A stretch of DNA of 64,000 bases. It comes from Acidimicrobiales bacterium (GTDB lineage: Bacteria; Actinomycetota; Acidimicrobiia; Acidimicrobiales; MedAcidi-G1). This document shows positions 18,236-28,194 of this stretch, piece by piece (position 1 is the stretch's first letter; each line of letters begins with the position of its first letter). Position numbers and translations under genes: made by a program. Location of the stretch: positions 3-64,002 of the forward strand of contig JAKUSA010000010.1 in assembly GCA_022449565.1 (NCBI GenBank). Direction: 5' to 3'. The notes below the pieces were generated by a model, which did not search any database, was not told the origin of the DNA, and saw only the letters and a program-made list of their open reading frames with translations.

Positions 18236-20223
18236 GGGTTCAGTTCCGGGCGGTCGCGGAAGTAGTCGAGGGACTCCGGGTTGGCCAGGGCCTTCAGGTT
18301 GGTTACCGGGCGTCCGGCCACTACGTCACGCACCGCCAACTCGACCAACTTCCCTGACCGAGTTCGGGGCAACTCCTCCACCCGGAGGACTACCGCTGGT
18401 ACATGCCGGGGCGAGGCCTGGGCCCGGACCGCCGATCGGATACGTTCCACGAGGCCCCCATCGAGGTCGAGACCCCCGGTGGTGACGACAAAGAGCACGA
18501 TTCGGCTGTCGCCCTCCCAGTCCTGTCCTACCGCCAGGCACTCCACGACCTCATCCAGTTGCTCGACCGGCCGGTAGATCTCGGCGGTGCCGATTCGCAC
18601 CCCTCCCGGGTTGAGGGTCGCGTCGGATCGGCCGTGGATGACGATTCCGCCCTCCGGGGTCCACTGGGCGAAGTCGCCCTGGTGCCAAGCGCCCGGGAAC
18701 CGGTCGAAGTAGGAGGCCCGGTACTGACGGCCGTCGTCGCCCCACAACCCGAGCGGCATCGACGGGAATGGCGAGGTGCACACCAGTTCTCCGGGCTGGT
18801 CCGTACCTAGCGGTTGGCCCGCCGGGTCGTAGACCTCAATGGCCATCCCCAGGGTGGGCCCCTGGATCTGCCCGGCGTACACCGGCCCGGTCGGGTTCCC
18901 GCCGACCAGGCACCCGCACAGGTCCGTTCCTCCCGAGATCGACGCCAGGTGCACGTCCGCCTTCCAGTCGGCGTGGACGTGCTCGAAGCCCTCAGGGTTG
19001 AGAGGGCTGCCGGTGGAGCAGATGGTACGCAGGGAACCAAGGTCGTGGCTCTCGGAGGGCCGGATACCCGACTTTCGGACTGCGTCGACGAACTTGGCCG
19101 AGACTCCCAGCAGGGTGATGGCGCAATCGTCGACCAGGTCGAACAGGCGCTCCGGCCCGGGGTGGAACGGAGAGCCGTCGTAGAGGACCAGGGTGGCGGC
19201 ACTGGCAAGCCCGGAGGCCAGCCAGTTCCACATCATCCAGCCGGCGGTTGTGAAGTAGAAGATGTGGTCGCCGGCCCTGACGTCGCAGTGCAGGCGGTGT
19301 TCGATGAGGTGCTTGAGCAGGATCCCGCCGGCCCGGTGGACGATGCACTTCGGAGTACCGGTGGTTCCCGACGAGTAGAGAACGTACAGCGGGTGGTCGA
19401 AGGGCAGTCGCACGAACTCGGGCCGGTCCGCCGGGTGGTCGGCCAGGAAGTCGGCCAGAGTGGTCGACCTGTTCGGGAGCGGGCCTCTTGTCTCCAGTTG
19501 ATCGGCGTCGGGAACTACAACAATCCGAGGGAGGGTGGGCATCCGGTCGGCGAGGTCGGACAGCCGGGAGGTGACGTCGTGATACCGGCCGGCGTAGTGG
19601 TATCCGTCGGTTGCGAACAGCACCACCGGTTCGATCTGGCCGAACCGGTCCAGCACTCCATCAACCCCGAAGTCGGGGGAGGTGGAGGAGAACACGGCGC
19701 CCAGCGACGCGGTGGCCAGCATCACCGCGTAGGTCTCGGGAACGTTGGGGAGCCAAGCTGCCACCCTGTCGCCAGGTCGAATCCCGGCTTCCCGCAGTGC
19801 GCTCTGTAAGCGGGCCACCAGTGCACGCAGTTCGCCCCATGAGAGGTCCCGGCGCCGGCCGTCCTCCCCCCGGAACAGAATCGCTGGGTCGTCATCGTCA
19901 CCGTGGGCCATCAGGTTCTCGGCGAAGTTGAGGGAGGAGTCGGGGAAGAACCGGGTGTCGGCCAGCCGGTCGCCCTGCACCATCGCCGGGCCGTCGCCCT
20001 GCTCGCCGATTACGCCGCACCAGTCCCAGGCCGTCGACCAGAAGCGTCCTGGGTCCTCGACCGACCAACGGTGCAGGTCCCCATACCCGCCCTCGACGCC
20101 GGCTACAGCCCGGAAGTCAGCCAGACGGGCGGAGGCCGTCCGGGCCTCGGAGGGTTGCCACACCGGGTCGGTCACCCGGCGGAGCGTAGCCACCCCCTGT
20201 CGGTCGGGACCGGGCCCTCGCAT
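18217..20223 (-). CDS. acetoacetate-CoA ligase (acetoacetyl-CoA synthetase)
   Basis: N-terminal VWQPSE...FW..AWDW pattern and AMP-binding motif YSSGTTGTPK; about 650-670 aa. The start is uncertain (ATG 20223 or GTG 20175). Confidence 0.8.
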   Translation of the reverse strand: MRGPGPDRQGVATLRRVTDPVWQPSEARTASARLADFRAVAGVEGGYGDLHRWSVEDPGRFWSTAWDWCGVIGEQGDGPAMVQGDRLADTRFFPDSSLNFAENLMAHGDDDDPAILFRGEDGRRRDLSWGELRALVARLQSALREAGIRPGDRVAAWLPNVPETYAVMLATASLGAVFSSTSPDFGVDGVLDRFGQIEPVVLFATDGYHYAGRYHDVTSRLSDLADRMPTLPRIVVVPDADQLETRGPLPNRSTTLADFLADHPADRPEFVRLPFDHPLYVLYSSGTTGTPKCIVHRAGGILLKHLIEHRLHCDVRAGDHIFYFTTAGWMMWNWLASGLASAATLVLYDGSPFHPGPERLFDLVDDCAITLLGVSAKFVDAVRKSGIRPSESHDLGSLRTICSTGSPLNPEGFEHVHADWKADVHLASISGGTDLCGCLVGGNPTGPVYAGQIQGPTLGMAIEVYDPAGQPLGTDQPGELVCTSPFPSMPLGLWGDDGRQYRASYFDRFPGAWHQGDFAQWTPEGGIVIHGRSDATLNPGGVRIGTAEIYRPVEQLDEVVECLAVGQDWEGDSRIVLFVVTTGGLDLDGGLVERIRSAVRAQASPRHVPAVVLRVEELPRTRSGKLVELAVRDVVAGRPVTNLKALANPESLDYFRDRPELNPQLPSP

Positions 20224-20277
20224 TGGGGTCGTTCTCACTGATTCCCGAATCCTGGGGAACCCCCTAGGCTGCACCTG

Positions 20278-20733
20278 ATGGCCCATGACAACCCCCGGTC
20301 GGACGACGTGCACGCCACGGTGTCCCGCCGCTTGCGGGCTGCGGCCATGCGCTACAGCAGGTCTCGCCGAGCGGTGGTCGATGTGTTGGCAGGGGCCGGT
20401 CGTCCGCTAACCCTTCCGGAGATCCTGGTGGCCGGGACCGGCTACGGCCTGGCCCAGAGCTCTGCCTATCGGAATCTCGGCGAGCTCGTCGACGTCGGGG
20501 TGGTCCGCCGCCTGACCTCCGGGGACGACCACGGTCGTTTTGAACTCCACGAATCACTCACCGGGCACCACCACCACCTGGTCTGCATGGTCTGCGGCAG
20601 GGTCGAGGACTTCGAGGCGCCGGAGGAGTTTGAGGCGGGGATCAACATGCTGGTCGAGACAGCGGCCCAGCGGGGGTTCGTCGTTGACGGACACCTCTTC
20701 GACATGGTCGGCCGCTGTGCCACCTGTTCCTGA
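20278..20733 (+). CDS. Fur family transcriptional regulator
   Basis: Winged-helix N-terminus, HHHLVCMVCGRVEDF and a C-terminal CATC (two CxxC pairs). Confidence 0.85.
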   Translation: MAHDNPRSDDVHATVSRRLRAAAMRYSRSRRAVVDVLAGAGRPLTLPEILVAGTGYGLAQSSAYRNLGELVDVGVVRRLTSGDDHGRFELHESLTGHHHHLVCMVCGRVEDFEAPEEFEAGINMLVETAAQRGFVVDGHLFDMVGRCATCS

Positions 20734-20765
20734 ACCACCCGGACGGCAACGATCCGAGGAGCCCC

Positions 20766-21257
20766 ATGTTCTTAAAGCGCCCCGCAGCCCGGGTGGTCCT
20801 CCTGGACCGGTCGGCACGGATCTTCATGGTCAACGCCGAGGATCCCCTCGACCCCTTCAAACCGGCCTGGTGGGAGATCCCGGGTGGGGGCATCGGACGC
20901 GGCGAGGACAGCGCTGCCGCGGCTGCACGCGAGCTCTACGAGGAAACTGGGATTGCTGACGTCGAGATGGGTCCGGTGATCTGGACCCAGCGGGTGCAGT
21001 TCACCTTCGGCGGCTACTACTTCGACAGTGACGAACGGATCCACGTGGCATGGTGTGACGGAGGCGAGTACCGGCCACAACACCTCGAGGCCCTGGAGGC
21101 GGCGGCCTTCCTGGGGGCCCGTTGGTGGGAGGTGGACGAACTGCTGGTTTCAGAAGAGCCGGTCCTCCCGGCCCTACTTCGGGACCATCTGGCTCCGATT
21201 GCCGCTGGCGAGTTGCCGGTTGAGCCGATCGACATTTCACCGGTTCCCATCGACTGA
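20766..21257 (+). CDS. NUDIX hydrolase
   Basis: Nudix box GGGIGRGEDSAAAAARELYEETGI. Confidence 0.85.
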   Translation: MFLKRPAARVVLLDRSARIFMVNAEDPLDPFKPAWWEIPGGGIGRGEDSAAAAARELYEETGIADVEMGPVIWTQRVQFTFGGYYFDSDERIHVAWCDGGEYRPQHLEALEAAAFLGARWWEVDELLVSEEPVLPALLRDHLAPIAAGELPVEPIDISPVPID

Positions 21258-21279
21258 GCGCGACAGTTGGCCCTCCGGG

Positions 21280-21873
21280 TCAGGCCAGTCGTTCGAGACC
21301 GCCCCAGGCTAGGCGTGCCGCTAGCGCCGCCATCTCGTCGGCCGACCGACTCCGACCCTGGCCCATCCAGTGGCGGATCATGCCCTCGGAGAGTCCGTTA
21401 ACGCCCGATGCCATGGCCAGGGCGTCCTCCCGGCCAGCGTCGTGGATGATACGGGCCACCGTCTCAGCGAATGCGGCCTGGATGCGCAGGGCATCGCCCC
21501 GGAACTCCGGTTCGGCCCCCAGCTTTGACTCGTAAAGCACTGCGAATGCGTCAGGTTCGTCGTCGAAAAACCGGAAGAACGCCCGGAAGCCGGCCTCCAC
21601 CCGGTCGCGCGAGGTCTCCTCGGTGAGGACCGCAGCCACGATCGAGCTGTGGAGGCGGTCCCCGACCCGGTTGAGGACCTCGACCACCAGATTGTGCTTG
21701 GAGGCGAAGTGCTGGTACAGGACTGGTTTGGTTACCCCGGCTTCAGTGGCCAGAGCGTTCATCGAGGTTTCGTGGTATCCGTCGCGGGCGAAAACTCTTA
21801 AGGAGATGTCGAGCAACTGCTGTCGCCGCTCGGCGGCCGGCATGCGAACCGGAGCGACGGTGGCCTGGACCAT
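21280..21873 (-). CDS. TetR/AcrR family transcriptional regulator
   Basis: N-terminal HTH: FARDGYHETSMNALATEAGVTKPVLYQHF. Confidence 0.85.
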   Translation of the reverse strand: MVQATVAPVRMPAAERRQQLLDISLRVFARDGYHETSMNALATEAGVTKPVLYQHFASKHNLVVEVLNRVGDRLHSSIVAAVLTEETSRDRVEAGFRAFFRFFDDEPDAFAVLYESKLGAEPEFRGDALRIQAAFAETVARIIHDAGREDALAMASGVNGLSEGMIRHWMGQGRSRSADEMAALAARLAWGGLERLA

Positions 21874-21921
21874 GGATGGACCGTAGCCACCCGCTTGTCC
21901 CCCAATGCAAGCCGGTCGCCG

Positions 21922-22224
21922 TCAACTGTCCCGTTCGGTTTCCTCCCGCTCGGCCCCCCGGACGGCGTAGTGCAACAGGATGGCCGGGGCCAGCACCGCC
22001 GAGCCTCCGACCAATAGCCCGATGACCACCGCGGAAATACCGTCGGTGAAGTCTGTGGCTAGCCCTAAGACCAGCATTCCGATCGACAGCGCGAAGGTCA
22101 GGTAGCCGACCCGCCGGCCGAGGTTCGCCAGCCGGGCCAGCCGGGCCCGGCGGGCCATTAGCGGATCCTCAGGACCGGACACCGGGGCCTTGCCCCCTCT
22201 GGTCGGCCGCCGTAGTCCGCTCAT
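21922..22224 (-). CDS. small membrane protein (2 predicted TM helices)
   Basis: Hydrophobic stretches GYLTFALSIGMLVLGL and AVVIGLLVGGSAVLAPAILL. ATGA-type overlap with the upstream gene. Confidence 0.45.
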   Translation of the reverse strand: MSGLRRPTRGGKAPVSGPEDPLMARRARLARLANLGRRVGYLTFALSIGMLVLGLATDFTDGISAVVIGLLVGGSAVLAPAILLHYAVRGAEREETERDS

Positions 22225-22805
22225 CGTTTAGAGCCCCGTGCTGTTCCCACTAACTCGGCGTCACCGCCCAGGTGCACGTAGCAATGGACGCCCCGGAAGC
22301 GGGCCACGTCATCCTCGAAGTTGGTCCGGGACGGGGTCAGGAACCCAAGTTCCAGCTCGGACAGTTCATAGATCTCGTCTACGAAGTCGCTGAACGCTCC
22401 GTAGCACTCGGCGGTAGCAAAAGCGTCCATCTCCCGGTCGCCGGGCCAGGGCGCCCCAGCCCGGGCCGGGTGTTCGGCCCGCAGGTAGATCTCTTTTTGG
22501 TGAGGACCTGCGCAGTCCACCTTCGTGTCGATCTCGATGACGCGTTCGTCGTTAGACCACGAGTACTGGTTGAAACAGTCCCCGGCGGCTAGGTCGTGAA
22601 GGTTGACCACCGCACCTACCCAGTCGGGGGCCGACTCGTTGGGCACCGTCGGTCGGGTCTCGACGAGGCTGGTGGTGGAAGTCGGTCCCGGCTGTTCGCC
22701 GGCTTCCTCCCCGGCGTCGGTGCAGCCACCCGCGGTCAGTGCGAACAGCACCACGATTGCCCGTCCGACGAAGCGCCCGGCGATCGGACGGCGGGCACCC
22801 TGCAT
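22221..22805 (-). CDS. secreted lipoprotein with septum-formation-like Cys pattern
   Basis: Signal/lipobox LTAGGC. AAGDCF...VDCAGPHQKEIY...ECYGAFSDF...HCYV resembles the actinobacterial septum-formation domain pattern. Confidence 0.5.
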   Translation of the reverse strand: MQGARRPIAGRFVGRAIVVLFALTAGGCTDAGEEAGEQPGPTSTTSLVETRPTVPNESAPDWVGAVVNLHDLAAGDCFNQYSWSNDERVIEIDTKVDCAGPHQKEIYLRAEHPARAGAPWPGDREMDAFATAECYGAFSDFVDEIYELSELELGFLTPSRTNFEDDVARFRGVHCYVHLGGDAELVGTARGSKR

Positions 22806-22853
22806 GGCGTCAGGCTAGGGGTGCTGTGATGGCCTCGCCGGTACGGTGACGGA

Positions 22854-23525
22854 ATGTCAGTGGTGGAACTCCGGGGCGTGGTGGCCGTCCTTGGTCGGTT
22901 CCCGGCCCTCGCCGGGCTGGACCTGACAGTGGCGGCCGGGGAGACGGTGTTGGTGCAGGGACCCAATGGTGGCGGGAAGTCGACTCTGCTGCGACTGTGC
23001 GCCGGCCTGGTCGTCCCGACCCGTGGGGAGGCCAGGGTGCTGGGCTTCGACCTGGTGGTCGAGCGCCATGCCGTGAGGCGCCGGGTTGGGCTGCTGGGCC
23101 ACGCTACCGGCCTTTATGACGACCTCACAGTGGCCGAAAACGTGATCTTCTGGGCCCGGGCGGCCGGGCTGGGCCGGGCCGCCGAGGCTAGGGCCAACTG
23201 GGCCCTCGGCCGCCTCGGACTGGACGGCCCATTGGCCGACCAAGCGGTGCGCACCGTATCGGCCGGGCAGCGGCGGCGAACGTCGCTGGCCGCGCTCGCC
23301 GTACGGCGTCCGGACCTGTGGCTACTGGACGAACCACACGCCGGCCTCGACCAGGAGGGTCGGGACGTCGTCGACGACCTGATTGGCGAAGCGGTGGCAG
23401 CCGGGGCGACGGTGATCGTCTCCAGCCACGAACTGGATCGGGTGCGCCGCCTCTCCCCTCGGGTAGTCACCCTGGCTGGCGGGACCTTGGTCGGGGACCG
23501 CCTGGGGGTGGTGCGGGATGCGTGA
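22854..23525 (+). CDS. ccmA: heme exporter ATP-binding protein CcmA
   Basis: Walker A GPNGGGKST, signature-like VSAGQRRR, Walker B LWLLDEP. First gene of a coupled ccm operon. Confidence 0.85.
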   Translation: MSVVELRGVVAVLGRFPALAGLDLTVAAGETVLVQGPNGGGKSTLLRLCAGLVVPTRGEARVLGFDLVVERHAVRRRVGLLGHATGLYDDLTVAENVIFWARAAGLGRAAEARANWALGRLGLDGPLADQAVRTVSAGQRRRTSLAALAVRRPDLWLLDEPHAGLDQEGRDVVDDLIGEAVAAGATVIVSSHELDRVRRLSPRVVTLAGGTLVGDRLGVVRDA

Positions 23526-24192
23526 AGTGCTGGCCGACCTGAGTTTGGTCGCCGCCAAGGACCTGCGGATCGAGTTCCGATCCCGGGTGCTGGCCAACCA
23601 GGTAGCACCGTTCGCGCTGCTGGTGTTGGTGCTGTTCGGGGTGGCTCTCGACGCCGACCAACGCACCCTTCGGAGTTTTGCCCCAGGGCTGTTCTGGGTG
23701 GCCGTGCTGCTCTGTGCCCTCTTGGCCGTACAGCGCTCGGTGGCCGTCGAACGGGCTGACGATGCGGTAGTCGGCCTGCGGCTGTCGGGGATGTCGCCCT
23801 CCGCCCTGTTCCTAGGTAAGGCAACGGCGGTGCTTGTGCAACTCCTAGTCCTCGAGGTGCTGTTGACCGGGGGGATCATCGTCCTTTACCGGTCGTCGGT
23901 GGAGGACGTCGCGCTGCTGGTACTGACCGGGTTAACGGCCGGAGTGGCCGTGGCAGCCGCCGGTACGCTCTACGGCGCGATGGCCGCTGGCCTAGGGGTC
24001 CGCGAGACCCTCCTTCCGATCCTCTTGCTGCCGGTGCTGGCCCCCGTGCTCATTGGCGCCACCCGGGCCTTCGACGACGCGCTAGGAGCCGCCGCGGTTG
24101 ACGGATGGGCCTGGCTGGTGCTGCTGGCCGGCCTGGCGGTGGTCCTCACGCTGGTCGGGGCCTTGGCCTATCGAGTACTGGTCGAGGACTGA
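23518..24192 (+). CDS. ccmB: heme exporter membrane protein CcmB
   Basis: Six hydrophobic helices, 8-nt overlap with ccmA, and position between ccmA and ccmC. Confidence 0.8.
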   Translation: MREVLADLSLVAAKDLRIEFRSRVLANQVAPFALLVLVLFGVALDADQRTLRSFAPGLFWVAVLLCALLAVQRSVAVERADDAVVGLRLSGMSPSALFLGKATAVLVQLLVLEVLLTGGIIVLYRSSVEDVALLVLTGLTAGVAVAAAGTLYGAMAAGLGVRETLLPILLLPVLAPVLIGATRAFDDALGAAAVDGWAWLVLLAGLAVVLTLVGALAYRVLVED

Positions 24193-24205
24193 GGGAGGGT
24201 CCGCA

Positions 24206-25018
24206 GTGGACATTCTGGCGACCGAATCCCGGATCACTACGGGCTCGCGGGGGACGCGGCTACTGGGCCTAGCAGCCCTGGCCGGTGTGCTGGCACTCCT
24301 GGTGTTCGCGTTCGTGCTGACCGATCCCGACGTGCGTACCCATCCGACCTCCGGTGAGGAGTTCGGCCAGTTCGACGCGGTGCGCCTCCTGTACCTGCAT
24401 GTACCGATGGCCATCCTCACCTACGCGGCCTACGCGCTGTGCGCCGCGGCCAGTGCCGGGTATTTGCTCCGGAGGACCCCGTGGTGGGACGTGACGGCCC
24501 ACGCGGCCGCCGAAGTGGGCACCCTGGTCTGCGCCCTGGTGTTGGTCACAGGGTCGATCTGGGGTCGGCCAGTCTGGAACACCTGGTGGGAGTGGGGCGA
24601 CGTGCGCCTGATGACGACCCTCCTGTTGTTTCTGTTGTTCCTGGGCTACCTGGCCTTGCGGCGGGCCGCCGTCGATCCCGAGTCGGCAGCCCGCCCGGCC
24701 GCGGTGGTCGCCCTAGTGGCGGTGCTGGATATCCCGTTGGTAAACCGGTCGGTGGAGTGGTGGGAGAACCGGACCCTTCACCAGAAGTCGACACTGGCCG
24801 AGTTGAAGATCGAGGACCTGACCCTTTTCACTCTGGTTCTGGGGATCGTGGTCTTCGGGCTGGTCGTGACCTGGCTGTTGTTGCACCGGTTCCGGGTCGG
24901 CTGGTTGGAGCGGGCCGAGGTGACCCACGGGATCGACCGGGCCATCGCCGAGCGCCGTGGGGTTGCCTCAACCACCGGAGTCGACTCGACGGTCGGGCAG
25001 ACGAGGGAGGAGTCGTGA
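24206..25018 (+). CDS. ccmC: heme exporter protein CcmC
   Basis: WWD-type motif WGRPVWNTWWEWGDVRLMTT. The GTG start at 24206 gives a normal-length protein. Confidence 0.85.
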   Translation: MDILATESRITTGSRGTRLLGLAALAGVLALLVFAFVLTDPDVRTHPTSGEEFGQFDAVRLLYLHVPMAILTYAAYALCAAASAGYLLRRTPWWDVTAHAAAEVGTLVCALVLVTGSIWGRPVWNTWWEWGDVRLMTTLLLFLLFLGYLALRRAAVDPESAARPAAVVALVAVLDIPLVNRSVEWWENRTLHQKSTLAELKIEDLTLFTLVLGIVVFGLVVTWLLLHRFRVGWLERAEVTHGIDRAIAERRGVASTTGVDSTVGQTREES

Positions 25019-25173
25019 CCCACCTCGGCTACCTACTTTCCGGGTGGGGAATTGCACTTGGCGTCCTAGCCATCTACGCCCTACGGCTGGTACGGCGCGG
25101 TCGGCGACTCAGCGCCCGGGTGCCGCCGGCCCACCGGCGGTGGATGCAGTCACCGGGAACCAGTGGTGACTGA
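25015..25173 (+). CDS. ccmD: heme exporter protein CcmD (52 aa, single TM)
   Basis: Not listed as its own ORF in the track. GTG 25015 overlaps the ccmC stop (GTGA). Sequence VTHLGYLLSGWGIALGVLAIYALRLVRRGRRL is one TM helix followed by a basic tail, in the canonical position. Confidence 0.6.
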   Translation: MTHLGYLLSGWGIALGVLAIYALRLVRRGRRLSARVPPAHRRWMQSPGTSGD

Positions 25174-25687
25174 CCTCCCACCGTCCGACCTAACCCCCCG
25201 TGCTGCGCGCCCCGAGCGACGGGCCCGGCGGGCCCGGTCGGCTCTACTGGTCGCCCTGGTAGTTGTTGCGGTGGTCGGTGTGCTGGTACGCACCCTCGAC
25301 GACGCATCGCTGTTCTTCTACCCGGTCGACGAGGCAGTGGAGTTGCGGGCCGAACTGGGCGAGGAACGCTTCCGGGTAGTGGGCAGCCCACAACCCGGAG
25401 TGGTGGAGGCTGTCGCCGACGGTCGGACGGTAGTGGTGTTCACTTTGTGCGTTGGCGAGGTCCTCGCTGACGTGGTCCACGAGGGCGATCCGGCGGAGTT
25501 GTTCCAACCCGGCGTGCCGGTGGTCCTGCAGGGAACCTGGCGGCGGGAAGACCCACCTTTGTTAGACGCTCTCGACCGACCAGCCGCCGACGGCTGGCAC
25601 CTGCAGACCGACCATATGGTGGTCAAGCACGACAATGACTACCGGGCTGAAGGGGCGGAACTGGAGCCCTGCGGTACCGCTCCGTGA
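25163..25687 (+). CDS. ccmE: cytochrome c-type biogenesis heme chaperone CcmE
   Basis: N-terminal TM anchor, OB-fold region, and heme-binding HxxxY motif (VVKHDNDY). Confidence 0.85.
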   Translation: MVTDLPPSDLTPRAARPERRARRARSALLVALVVVAVVGVLVRTLDDASLFFYPVDEAVELRAELGEERFRVVGSPQPGVVEAVADGRTVVVFTLCVGEVLADVVHEGDPAELFQPGVPVVLQGTWRREDPPLLDALDRPAADGWHLQTDHMVVKHDNDYRAEGAELEPCGTAP

Positions 25688-25708
25688 GCGCCACGGGTTG
25701 ACCGTTCG

Positions 25709-27667
25709 GTGAACGCTGCCCTCGGCTCGGGATTCGTCGCCCTCGGGCTGGCTGCGTCGATTGTCGGCCTGGCCGCCCAGGCGGTGGGACTAGCCACGGG
25801 CCGGGCCCGGTTGCTGGCCCGGGCGCCGGCCACCGTCGTCGTGCTGGCCGTGGCGGCCGTCGGCCAAGTGGCGGTTATGGAACGGGCGCTGATTACCAGG
25901 GACTTCACCGTGGCCTACGTCGCCCAGCACGGCAGCCACCGGACACCCGCCCTGTTCAACGTAGCCACCCTCTGGTCGGCCCTGGAGGGGTCGATCCTGC
26001 TGTGGGTTCTGGTACTCGTCGGATACTTGGTGATGGTGGCCTGGCGGTTCCGGCACCGTCTGGCCGACCCGCTCGTCGGGTGGGCCTTGTTGGTGCTCTT
26101 CGCGGTGTGCACTTTCTTCTTCGTGCTGCTCGCCGGGCCGGCCCACCCGTTCGCCTCCTTTGACCCGTGGCCGGGTTACGACGGTCCGGGGCCCAACCCC
26201 CTCCTCCAGAACCACGTGCTCATGGCCTTCCACCCGCCGATCCTGTACCTGGGCTACGTCGGTTTCACGGTGCCGTTTGCCTTCGCCATCGGGGCACTAG
26301 CCACCGGCCGGATCGGGGAGGGATGGTTGGTCGAGACTCGTCGTTGGACGCTGCTCGCCTGGACGTGCCTCACGGCCGGGATCATCCTCGGAGCTTGGTG
26401 GTCCTACGAGGTGCTGGGATGGGGCGGCTACTGGGCGTGGGATCCGGTGGAAAACGTCTCGTTCCTGCCCTGGCTGACCGGCACGGCGTTCCTTCACTCG
26501 GTGATGGTCCAGGAGCGGCGGGGGATGCTCCGGGTCTGGAACCTCTCGCTGCTGTGTTCCACCTTCGCCTTGACCATCCTGGGCACGTTCGTCACTCGCT
26601 CCGGAGTCCTCGAGTCGGTGCACTCGTTCACCGAGTCGGGCATCGGCCCGCTGCTGCTCGGCTTCTTCGCCCTGGTGGCTGCGGTCAGCGTCGGCCTGAT
26701 CGCCTGGCGGGGCGACGACCTCCGGAGTGAGGGATCGATGGCCTCACCGGTGTCGCGCACCGGGGCCTTCCTAGGTAACAATCTGCTGTTCGGGGCGTTC
26801 GCCTTCGTCGTGTTGCTGGGGACGGTGTTCCCGCTGCTGGTCGAGGCGACCACCGGTGACCGAATCTCGGTTGGCAACCCGTACTTCGAGAAGATGACGA
26901 TGCCCATCGGGTTCGCCCTGCTGTTCCTTATGGCTATCGCACCGGCCCTGCCATGGGGGAGGGCTGACTCCGGGGTTTTGTCTAGAGGCCTGCTAGCCCC
27001 GGCAGCCACTGGTGCGGCTGCCTTGCTCGTTGCTGTGGCCGTGGGCAGCCGGGGTTGGGCGCCCACCCTGGCCGTGGGACTCGGCGGGTTCGCGGCCGGC
27101 GGGGCACTACGGCCCCTGCTGAGGGCGGTGCGGTCCGGGGGCCTCTGGGGCCTCCTCGGCCGGTCCAGTGGTGGCATGGTGGTTCACCTTGGAGTGGCGA
27201 TCGTGGCCGTCGCTTTCGCCTGCTCGTCGTCTTTCATCCGCCAAGCCGAGTTCCGCTTCGAGGCACCAGGCGACCAGGCGACCATCGCCGGCCACCAGCT
27301 CGTCTTCGACGGCCTTGTGGAGGTCGAACGACCGGAAAAGACCGAGATCCAGGTCGGGCTTTTTGTCGATGGCCAGCGATATGCACCGGCCATCAGCCGG
27401 TTCCCGTTCGGAGGTCGCACAATCGGTACGCCAGCCACCCGTTCCTCGTGGCGCGATGACGTACAACTAGCGGTCCTCGCCGTTCCTGACGACCGTGGTT
27501 CGGCGTCCACGGTGGTGCGGGTGACCGTCCAGCCGTTGGTGTGGTGGCTCTGGGTGGGCGGTGGGGTGATGGTCGTGGGCACACTGCTGGCCGCCGTGCC
27601 CGCCCGACGCCGGAAACCCGCTGGTCGGGGCGACGGGGTGTTCGCCACCGAGGGGGTGAAACGGTGA
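25709..27667 (+). CDS. ccmF: cytochrome c-type biogenesis protein CcmF (heme lyase component)
   Basis: 652-aa polytopic protein with WWD motif WGGYWAWDPVENVSFLPW. Confidence 0.9.
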   Translation: MNAALGSGFVALGLAASIVGLAAQAVGLATGRARLLARAPATVVVLAVAAVGQVAVMERALITRDFTVAYVAQHGSHRTPALFNVATLWSALEGSILLWVLVLVGYLVMVAWRFRHRLADPLVGWALLVLFAVCTFFFVLLAGPAHPFASFDPWPGYDGPGPNPLLQNHVLMAFHPPILYLGYVGFTVPFAFAIGALATGRIGEGWLVETRRWTLLAWTCLTAGIILGAWWSYEVLGWGGYWAWDPVENVSFLPWLTGTAFLHSVMVQERRGMLRVWNLSLLCSTFALTILGTFVTRSGVLESVHSFTESGIGPLLLGFFALVAAVSVGLIAWRGDDLRSEGSMASPVSRTGAFLGNNLLFGAFAFVVLLGTVFPLLVEATTGDRISVGNPYFEKMTMPIGFALLFLMAIAPALPWGRADSGVLSRGLLAPAATGAAALLVAVAVGSRGWAPTLAVGLGGFAAGGALRPLLRAVRSGGLWGLLGRSSGGMVVHLGVAIVAVAFACSSSFIRQAEFRFEAPGDQATIAGHQLVFDGLVEVERPEKTEIQVGLFVDGQRYAPAISRFPFGGRTIGTPATRSSWRDDVQLAVLAVPDDRGSASTVVRVTVQPLVWWLWVGGGVMVVGTLLAAVPARRRKPAGRGDGVFATEGVKR

Positions 27668-28194
27668 ACACTGTTCGGGCCGCGGCGCTCGGTGTTGCCG
27701 TGATGGTCGCCGTGATGGTCGCCGTGTTAGCCACCGGCCGGTCGGGACCCGATCGGATGGCCGCCCACCTGGTGGGGCAGCCAGCCCCTCCGGTGGTCGG
27801 AACCACCATCGACGGCGACCGTTGGGATCTCGACGACCAGCGGGGCCGCTGGGTGGTGGTGAACTTCTTCTCCACCACCTGCGTACCGTGCGTACGGGAG
27901 CATCCAGAACTGGTGGCATTCGCCGATGCTCACCGGGCGGTCGACGACGTGCGGGTGGTCAGCGTGGCCTTCGACGACCGGGCCTCGGCGGTAGAGGCGT
28001 TCTTCCGGGAACGGGGAGGGGACTGGCCGGTGTTGGCTGCGACTACCGGTCGGATTGCCGTCGACTGGGGTGTGGTGGCTGTACCTGAGTCCTACCTGGT
28101 GGCACCATCTGGTTACGTGGCCGCCAAGGTGGCCGGTGGGGTCGAGCGCGCCGATCTGGAATCACTGCTTTCCCGGGCGGGCGCTGAGGGATGA
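27664..28194 (+). CDS. ccmG: thiol:disulfide oxidoreductase CcmG/DsbE
   Basis: GTGA overlap with ccmF. N-terminal TM anchor and thioredoxin-fold motif FFSTTCVPCVREHPEL. Confidence 0.85.
   Translation: MNTVRAAALGVAVMVAVMVAVLATGRSGPDRMAAHLVGQPAPPVVGTTIDGDRWDLDDQRGRWVVVNFFSTTCVPCVREHPELVAFADAHRAVDDVRVVSVAFDDRASAVEAFFRERGGDWPVLAATTGRIAVDWGVVAVPESYLVAPSGYVAAKVAGGVERADLESLLSRAGAEG

Noticed and set aside
20224-20277. A possible Fur-box operator in the 54-bp region between the acetoacetyl-CoA synthetase and fur-family genes.
   Set aside because: I could find no AT-rich inverted repeat resembling Fur, Zur or PerR boxes. The region is too short and GC-rich to call a site by eye.
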